In this document: in pieces, positions 46,145 to 55,000 of the stretch
Layout: each line of letters starts with the position of its first letter
How positions within the stretch are numbered: position 1 is the stretch's first letter
Assembly (NCBI GenBank): GCA_031256715.1
Contig: JAIRQA010000012.1
Coordinates: 525 to 64,524 of the forward strand
DNA length: 64,000 bases
Direction of reading: 5' to 3'
Source of the DNA: Coriobacteriales bacterium
GTDB taxonomy: Bacteria; Actinomycetota; Coriobacteriia; Coriobacteriales; UBA8131
The notes under the pieces: model-generated
Database searches by the model: none
What the model was told of the DNA's origin: nothing
Seen by the model: only the letters and a program-made list of their open reading frames with translations
Program-made: the position numbers and the translations under genes

Positions 46145-47385
46145 TGATGTCTGCGAGTGCATCTTTGCCAAAAGCTTCTCTGGTTGGTTCTTGTAAGACT
46201 AGCTTTTTGCCAATGACAACTGTGCCGGCGACTTCTTTAATTGGTGCAGCCCCTACAGCTTCTACAGCAGCATCCTTTTCTGCCATTAATGTGGCATATG
46301 TCATGCTTGATGGCTATGAACATGAAAGCGAAGCAAGAATTTCTTCATTAATCTCGCGCTTAAGCAGACGCGTGTCTGAGGCTCGTATAGAAAAAGCAAG
46401 GCGGTTGCGACAACCAATAGACAAGCTAGCGTCTTTAACCGCCGGGGTACTTATTAACATTGTTGCTGAACCTTTTAAGGATAGACGAACCCTGCCGCTT
46501 AACTACGAACACAATGAGCACAATGAGCGCTATGAGCACAATGAGTATAACGGCTTCAGCAACAAGGACAGCTCTGGCAAGAATGGCAGCTATAGCAACA
46601 ATGATGGCTATAGCTACAATGGCAGCTATAGCAACAATGGCTGTTATGGCAACAATGATGGCTATAGCAACAATGGCAGCTATAGCAAGCCCGATTTTCC
46701 AAATGCTATGGGGCTGCACTATAACCTCTCGCATAGCAGGGCAGTTGCTTGTTGCGCAGTCTCGCGGTTTCCCGTTGGCATAGATGTAGAGGGCTATATT
46801 CATCACTTTGACGAGCTTTGCGCGATGTGTTTAACAACTGACGAGGACAGGCATATTAAAAAGCAAGCAAATCGCGCCGAACGCGTTAGATGCTTTACAA
46901 GGCTGTGGACGCGCAAAGAGGCACTTGGTAAGTATATAGGCTGCGGAATAGACGAGAGCATCTTGCGTGCTGACTTACTTCATTGGCCTCAAGGAGCGAA
47001 AGCTATTCTTGCGTCGCGACGTGTTAGTGATATAGCTAACACAGAAATCGCAAGTGTGGCGTCTGGCACACGAACAGCGTCATACTCAGACGCAACGCGT
47101 GACACACGAACAGCGTCAAGCTCAGACGCAACGCGTAGCACAAGCGATACGGCCAGTGGTGTTCCTCAGATAACAACCTACGACTTGCACGAAGCGTGCA
47201 TGTCTGTTTGCGGTCATGGCGAGGTGCATGTTTCTTGTTATTCCTTAGACGAGGTTATTGCGCTTGCTACCTTAGCACCTACCACTTTGCATCACTGTGC
47301 CCAGACGCCTAGCGCTTCTGAGCACTGTGCCCAGACGCCAGTGTTGCAGAACCATTGTAAAACCGAATTACATGAAAGCGAATAA
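46144..47385 (+). CDS. 4'-phosphopantetheinyl transferase, Sfp type
   Basis: Motifs LSHSRAVACCAVSRFPVGIDVE and FTRLWTRKEALGKYIGCG (the W/FxxKE(A/S)xxK motif). The start is uncertain. ATG 46144 overlaps the ABC stop (TAATG), while the conserved core begins near ATG 46303. A (N/G)(G/S)YSNN repeat insertion lies at about 46500-46690. Confidence 0.85.
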   Translation: MMSASASLPKASLVGSCKTSFLPMTTVPATSLIGAAPTASTAASFSAINVAYVMLDGYEHESEARISSLISRLSRRVSEARIEKARRLRQPIDKLASLTAGVLINIVAEPFKDRRTLPLNYEHNEHNERYEHNEYNGFSNKDSSGKNGSYSNNDGYSYNGSYSNNGCYGNNDGYSNNGSYSKPDFPNAMGLHYNLSHSRAVACCAVSRFPVGIDVEGYIHHFDELCAMCLTTDEDRHIKKQANRAERVRCFTRLWTRKEALGKYIGCGIDESILRADLLHWPQGAKAILASRRVSDIANTEIASVASGTRTASYSDATRDTRTASSSDATRSTSDTASGVPQITTYDLHEACMSVCGHGEVHVSCYSLDEVIALATLAPTTLHHCAQTPSASEHCAQTPVLQNHCKTELHESE

Positions 47386-47390
47386 TGTAA

Positions 47391-48995
47391 ATGAACGAAC
47401 AAATAGAGGCTCAACTAATAAAATCATATATAGATGGTGGCTACTGGCAAGATATAACACTAGGCGACTTTCTGCGCGATTGTGCGCGTAAATGGCCTAA
47501 GAATATTGCCGTGCTTGATGCCATGGAATCACTGACCTATGAAGAGCTTAATAAGGCGAGCGATAGCATCGCTTGTTATCTTGCAAAACTTGGCATCGCT
47601 TGTGGCGATCGTATTTTGTTTCAGATGAAGAATTGCGTTTGGCACACTGCTACATTATTTGGCATAGCCAAGGCAGGAGCTATACCCATTATGGCGCTTG
47701 GAGCGCATCGTTATAAAGAGCTTTTAAGCTTTGCGCAACGTGCCAATCCTGTGGCATTTATCACAAATGAGATATATCAGGGTTTTAACTATCCTGCTCT
47801 TGCCAAAGAGGTGCAATTAGATGCCCCAAGCATACGCGATGTCTTAACAGTTAGTGACATGATGCGTGCTGCTCATGAGGGTAACGTGCTTACGGCAGAA
47901 CAGTATGCAAAACGCAGACCAGAATTTACAGACCCTTGCGTGCTTACTTGTTCTGGCGGTTCTACTAACGTACCCAAGCTTATTCCGCGCAGACATACAG
48001 ATTACCTTTACGATGCCCAAACATTTGCCGCATTTTTAGACATGAAGCAAAGCGATGTTTATCTGATTGCCTTGCCAGCTTCGCATAATTTTGTCTTTGG
48101 TAACCCAGGGGTGTTGGGCACACTTTCGTTAGGGGCTACTGCCGTAATGTGTGAAAATCCCAGCCCAGACGAGATTTTACCCATGATAGACGAACATCGC
48201 GTAACTATCACCGCCTTAGTGCCCGCAGTACTTTCTGCCATGCTTGACACCTTGTCATGGGACGATGCCTATGACACAACTTGCTTGCGCCTCCTTTTGG
48301 TGGGAGGAGCCGTGCTAGAAGAACAACTTGCGCGTAAAACGCTACAAAAGTTTCCTGGTTGTTTGCGGCAGGTGTTTGGTACGGCCGAGGGTATTAACTT
48401 TTGTACGTCTGCTAACGACTCTGACGATATTGTAGTTAGCTGCCAAGGTAAGCCAATTTCGCCAGCTGATAAATGGCGCATTGTTAACGAAGATTTGTGT
48501 GAGGTTGCTCAAGGCGAGTCTGGCGAGCTTATTGCTTTGGGTGCGTATACCATACAGCACTATTATAATGCCCCTGAGGCCGAAGACTCTTTTACTGCGG
48601 ATGGCTATTATCGTACTGGCGATAAGGCTCATGTTAGCGCAGAAGGAAATCTGGTGGTAGAAGGTCGCGTTACAGAACAGATTAATCGAGGTGGCGAGAA
48701 GGTCATGCCCAGCGAAATTGAAGGCTATCTTGCTGCCTTTCCGGGCATTGAAGAAGTTCAGGTTGTTGGTGTTGCCGACGAATTGCTTGGTCAGCGTGTT
48801 TGCGTGTATCTGATTGGTGAGCCTGAGCAAACTCCTGAGCAAACGCCCACGCCCATGCAGTTAAATAGTTACCTTGCTAATTTGGGGGTTGCGGCGCACA
48901 AAAGTGTCGATCAAGTGCGCAGCATAGACTCATGGCCGCTTACAAGTGTTGGCAAGATTAATCGCAAGTTGCTTTGCGAATGGGCGGCGTCTTAA
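47391..48995 (+). CDS. aryl-acid (DHB/salicylate-type) AMP ligase, EntE/DhbE/YbtE family
   Basis: The family-typical N-terminus (YIDGGYWQDITLGDFL...WPKNIAV), A3-like CSGGSTNVPKLIPRRHTDY, YYRTGD and GRVTEQINRGGEKV. It stands alone directly upstream of an NRPS that begins with a carrier domain. Confidence 0.85.
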   Translation: MNEQIEAQLIKSYIDGGYWQDITLGDFLRDCARKWPKNIAVLDAMESLTYEELNKASDSIACYLAKLGIACGDRILFQMKNCVWHTATLFGIAKAGAIPIMALGAHRYKELLSFAQRANPVAFITNEIYQGFNYPALAKEVQLDAPSIRDVLTVSDMMRAAHEGNVLTAEQYAKRRPEFTDPCVLTCSGGSTNVPKLIPRRHTDYLYDAQTFAAFLDMKQSDVYLIALPASHNFVFGNPGVLGTLSLGATAVMCENPSPDEILPMIDEHRVTITALVPAVLSAMLDTLSWDDAYDTTCLRLLLVGGAVLEEQLARKTLQKFPGCLRQVFGTAEGINFCTSANDSDDIVVSCQGKPISPADKWRIVNEDLCEVAQGESGELIALGAYTIQHYYNAPEAEDSFTADGYYRTGDKAHVSAEGNLVVEGRVTEQINRGGEKVMPSEIEGYLAAFPGIEEVQVVGVADELLGQRVCVYLIGEPEQTPEQTPTPMQLNSYLANLGVAAHKSVDQVRSIDSWPLTSVGKINRKLLCEWAAS

Positions 48996-49065
48996 TTTAT
49001 GGCTGGCAGTCACAGGCAGCTTTCTTTGTGTTTACACCTGTTAGAAATGTAGTGAAAGGAACTTT

Positions 49066-52000
49066 ATGCAATCTGTTGATACTTGCGAAATTGCAGATGA
49101 TACTTGCGAAATTGCAGATATTATTCACAAACATACGCTACCATACGGCGGCAAGGATGAGACAAATCTAATTAAGGCAGGCATGAATTCATTGGCAATT
49201 ATGCGCCTTGCAAACCAATTGCGTCGTCAAGGTGCGCGAAAAGTCACTTTCTCTAAGCTGATGGTAGAACCTACACGCTGTGCTTGGCTAAAACTTGCGG
49301 GAGCAAATGTATCTAGTGCAACATGTGAAGTTTTCGCAACAACAACCGCGCCATCTACATTAACAATCGCGGCAGCCGAACAGACGGCCGTGACAAATGA
49401 ACAAACAACCGCACCATCTACACCAACAATCGCGACTGCCGAACAGACGGCCGTGACAAATGAACAAACAACCGCGTCCAATGAAGCAACAATCGCAACC
49501 ACTTCTAAAGACGACTTTCAACCTTTTGCGCTCACAGACATTCAACGAGCCTACTTTATTGGACGACAAGATGGAATACCCATGGGAGGCAATGGCTGCC
49601 ACGCATATCTAGAATTGCATGGACAAAATGTTGATCCCAAACGTTTACAGGATGCCTGGCAAATGCTATTTAATACTCATGCTATGTTGCGAGCATACTT
49701 TACAGATGATGGCAAGCAATGTATTAGCGAACAAGCATCACCATCTGCAAGTGAGCTTGTTGTCTGCAACTTAAGCATGTTAGAGCCAACGCGTGCACAG
49801 CAAGAGTTTATGGCTATTCGCGAAAAACTCGCGCATAGGCGTTTAGATGTAGCATCTGGACAAACATGTGGACTTTGCCTTGTCTTGCTTCCAAATTCTT
49901 TAACGCGGGTTTGCTTTGACATCGATCTTCTTGTCTGCGATGTTCAGAGCTTTCAGATTCTGTTACGCGATTTGGCCGCTGCCTATGCAGATGCTAGCTT
50001 ACCTTTGGCAGATCCTGCTTGGAGTTTCGCATCGTATCTTGCTCATGAAGATGTCTTGGCTAAGGCAGCTTCGCTAGAGCGCGAACAGGACGCGGCATAT
50101 TGGCAAGCACGCATCAGCAATCTTGCGCACGGTCCTAAGCTGCCAACTGTTGTGGACCCAGATACTGTCTTTTCTCCACATTATACAAATTATGCGCATC
50201 AGGTTTCTTCTGAAGCTTATGAGGCGTTAAAGCATCACGCGAATGCTCGCGGCGCGACGGTGGCCATGGTGTTGCTTACAGCCTATGCGCAAATCATTGC
50301 GGCGTGGAGCGAGAATCAGCGCTTCCTGATTAACATGCCGGTTTTTGCCCGTAATACCAGCGTTTCCGGCATTGAGGATGTCGTCTCGGATTTTTCGGAC
50401 ATACTTTTGTTTGAGGTTAACTGCCAAGAGCCTGCGACTTTTGAGGAACGCTTAAAGCAGATTAGCGAGCGTTTTTTGCAGGACATGGCGCATCGTTCCT
50501 ACAATGGTATCGCGGTGCAGCGCGATATCGCGGCGGCAGGAGGACCACAAATGGGCTTGGCGCCGCTGGTGTTTGCCTGCAATCTTGGCGAGCAGCTCTT
50601 AACGGATGTCTGCTTAAAGCATCTGGGCGAGCTTGGCTATATGACCTCGCAGACTCCGCAGGTACAAATAGATTGCCAGGCTTTTGACCACAAACAAGGA
50701 CTGCGACTTTCTTGGGACGTTGCTTTGGAGCTGTATCCAAATGGCATGTGTCAAACGATGTTTGTTGCGTTTTGTAATTTTGTCGAGAAACTCGCGGCTT
50801 CAGACGATGCCTGGCTTGCGCCCATTGATGTTTTGCCCAACGAACAGCGAATGCGTCGCAAGGCAGAGCTTGAGTTAATGCTTGAGCAGTCAGCGTTAGA
50901 TGCAGATTTGGCGCCGTTGCGCAAGGAGCTGCGTGAGGGGCAGACGTCAGGTGCAGATTTGGCGCCGGTGCGCGAGGAGTTGCGTGAGGGGCAGACGTCA
51001 GGTGCAGATTTGGCGCCGCTACATGCAGCTTTTGTTGTTAACGTGCATTCTAAACCTGAGGCAATAGCTCTAATAGATGCGCAGTCGGGAGAGAAAAGCA
51101 GTTATCGCCAGCTATATTTACGTGCCGGTGCCATTGCTGAATACATTCTTAGTGCCGGCACACAACATGGTGAGCTTGTTGCCATATGCCTTAAGCGAGG
51201 GCGCGACCAGGTGTGCGCGATGCTTGGTATTTGCATGGCTGGTTGCGCGTATGTGCCTATAGATGTTTCTCAGCCGCAGTCTCGTAAGCGCTTGATGGCA
51301 GAGAAATTAATGGCGCGGTATGTGCTTACGAGCAAGTCGTTGGCAGATGAGAGTACGATGTTTGAGCATGTTTTAGCTATAGAGGATGTAGCCGAGGTAG
51401 CTGAGGTTGCGTTTGAGGATAGTGCAGAATTTGCCATATCACAGTCACGCATTAATGATCTGGTTAAAAAGCATATGCCGCAAGCTAATGATACCGCATA
51501 CATCATCATGACCAGTGGTTCTACGGGAACGCCCAAGGGCGTAGAGATGTCTCATGGCGCAACATGGAACACACTTAGCGATGTTAATTCACGTCTGAAC
51601 GTAGGTGTGGGCGACACAATGTTAGCTGTATCTAACTATGATTTTGACCTTTCGGTCTACGATGTCTTTGGCATCTTGGGTGCCGGAGCGACCTTGGTTT
51701 GCATGCCCGATGATGCCCGACGCGACGCGGCGCGCGAGTTAGATTTTGTTTTGCGCTACAAGGTGACATTATGGAACACCGTCCCTATGCTTTTAGACAT
51801 GCTCATTACCGAGGCCGAGAGTAAAAAAGCCGAGCTGCCCTTGCGCGTTGTCATGCTTTCTGGTGATTGGATAGGCTTAGACTTACCGCAGCGCCTGAAA
51901 AATCTGGCTGCGAATTGCCGTTTTATTGCGATGGGCGGCGCCACCGAGGCAGCGGTTTGGTCTAACTGGCAAGAAGTTAATTTGCCTATACCAACGCATT

Positions 52001-55000
52001 GGAAGAGTATTCCTTATGGTCGTCCACTGCGGGCGCAATGCTATCGTGTGGTTGATGCTTGTGGCAACGATCGTCCGGATTGGGCAATTGGCGAGCTTCT
52101 TATTGGCGGTGTTGGTGTTGCCAAAGGATATCGCGGCGACGAGGAACTTACAGCCGCGCATTTTTTGCAACAGGATAAGACGCGCTGGTATCGCACTGGC
52201 GACATGGGACGCTTTTGGGATGATGACACGATAGAATTTTTGGGGCGGCGCGATTTTCAGGTTAAGGTAAAAGGACATCGTATAGAACTTGGCGAGATAG
52301 AATCTGTGCTTGTAGAGCATCCTGACGTCTTAGCTTGTGCGCTTTGTGTTGCACAGTCTTCTAATCAGCTAATTGCTCTGGTACAACCAGTTGCAATGCA
52401 TTCAGATATGGGACAACCAGTTGCAATGCATTCAGATATCTTAGAACCAAGCACCAACGCTATACAGCCAAGCACAGGCCATGCGCTAGACCTTGATTCT
52501 TTGGCAGACTTCATGGCGCAACGACTACCCGCTTACATGGTGCCATCGCGCTTTGTGCTTATAGATGCCCTACCTATTTCTGCAAATGGAAAGCTTGATC
52601 GCAAGGCAATTGCTGCGCTTGCCCAACAGGCGGCCGAAACTCTTAGAACAGACGACGATTTGCCTAAGACAGCCACAGAAGAATGCATCATCCAAATTTG
52701 GGAAGAGGCGATGGGCATTAAAAACATTGGGCGCAACGAAAGTTATTACGAGTTGGGCGGTAATTCCTTAATAGCAACACGTGTAATTGGCGTCGTGCGC
52801 GAGCGTTTAAACATCAATCTTACCACTGCAGATGTGTTTACGCATACAACCGTAGCCGAGCTTGCTCGCTTAATAGACGAGCGTGTAAGTTTTTCTCGAC
52901 ATAATAACCAGCCAGATAGTCAGCCAAGTAGCCAATCAAGTAGCTTACCAAGCAGTCAACAAGATAACCAAATTAGCAGCCAACAAAAAGATTATTCTAA
53001 GACGAGGAGCATAGTGCAAGACACACAAGACATTCAAGGCATTCAAGACATTCAAGAGGCGCAAAACGCTCAAGACACTCAAGACGCAATAACAAGCGCG
53101 CAGTTACAGGCAAGCGCGGCAAAACTTCCCGAGCTTGCGGCGCGCGAAGATGAGCTAGACGCTCCTTTTGCCCTTACTGCTTTGCAACGCGCTTATCTAA
53201 TTGGGCGCATGAAAGGTATGGTTTTAGGAGGGCAGGCGACGCGCGCCTATTTAGAGGTTACCGTTAGCAACTTAGATATGAGTCGCCTTGGTGCGGCCAT
53301 GACAGAGTTGGTTAAAGTTCAAAGCGCGCTGCGTATTTCGGTTGATGCCGCAAGCGCCACGCAGGTTATTAACGAAAAAGTGCCTTTGGTTGTCATTCCC
53401 CTTGCCGATGTCTCATACCTTAACAATGATGCCTATGACGAGTTCCTAGATAACAAGCGTGAGCAAATGTTTAATCACGAGTTTGATTTATCGCGTCCGT
53501 TTCTTTGGATGATGGAGGTTACGCGCAGAAATGACGAGTGGCATATTCACTTTTGCCATGATGGCATTCTTATGGATGGCTGGAGTTGTGAGCGCCTATT
53601 TGCCGACTTAGAAACCCTGTATCATAATGGCACATTTGAAGTGGGTATCTCTTATCGCGATTATGTTTATTGGTTGCAAGAGATTCATGATAGCGAGACC
53701 TATACAAAAGATGAGCAGTATTGGCTGGCCAAAGCTCAGGAATTTCCCGAAACTCAAGCTCTTAAGCCAGCTTGCCTTCCAGAGGCAATTACTAATCCCG
53801 AAACTGCTCATGTGACACGTACGATTTCACTCGATCGCTTTAATGCCATCAAGCGCGCTGCTGCCTCTTACGAAATGACAGTTTTCGCGGCCATGCTTTG
53901 TGCCTTTGGCAAAGCGCTTGAACTTAATGGAGGCTGCCACGATTTTCTTATTAACACGCCAGTTGCTTATCGACCTTTAACCAGTAGCAACGCTCAAGTT
54001 AATAGCGATCTTTATAAGCTTCTTGGAGAATGCTCAGATTATCGTCTTTTTCATTTTAGTACTCTAGCAAACGAGACGATTGCCCAAACTGCCAAAAAGG
54101 TATTCGCTCAACTTACAGACGAGGGTTTGCACACAGCGTATCGTGGCAGTGACCTCTCGCGTGCAATGCAGCAATATTCGGGGGCGTCTGCGCTTGCGCC
54201 AATAGTGTTTACAAGTACCGCCGAGGTAGATCTTAAGCCGTCAACATGGTATCGCAAAGTGGCGTCGCGTACGCATACTAGCCAGGTTTGGATGGACGCT
54301 GTGGTCATGCCCATAGATCAAGGTATCATGTTAAACATAGATTACGTAGATGGTTTGCTTGAGGCAGGTACACCTGAGCGCGTGGCAGACGCTTTTGTTA
54401 GGGCACTAGATTTACTTGTAGATGAACCCGGTGCCTGGGACAAATTAACTCAGTTGCCATTGTCGCCAACCGAACAAGAACTCATTAACCAAACTAATGC
54501 GACAGATGTTTTGCCTGTTGCCACAACATATGCGCCATTGCTTCGCAATGCCTTTAGCAATTATGCTAGCAAGATAGCAATTAAAAATGTCGAGAAAAAC
54601 CTGACCTACCGCGAGTTAGAACAGTTAACGAGTTGCATTAGCGCGGCAATAGAAGCAAAGCTGGCTGAGCCTGCTGAGCCTGCTGAGCTTGATGCTGCGC
54701 CCGCTTCCGTCTTAGACAAAGACACTCGCGCAAGAATTGGTATAGCAGTTGGCAAGGGTGCAAAACAGGTGGCCGCCGCATTGGCGTGTGCTGCTGGTGG
54801 CTACCCCTTTATGCCTATAGATATCGAATACCCTGCACAAACAATACGCGCATGCTATCTAGCTAGTAAGCTAGCATTTGTTATTGTAGACTCGCAAACC
54901 GCGCACCTTGTTCCCGAAGATGTCCCAACACTTAATGTTTGCGAAGCGCTTCCTAAAGAAGGCTCAATCACATGGCGTGACGCTTGCGAAAGCGATGTGT

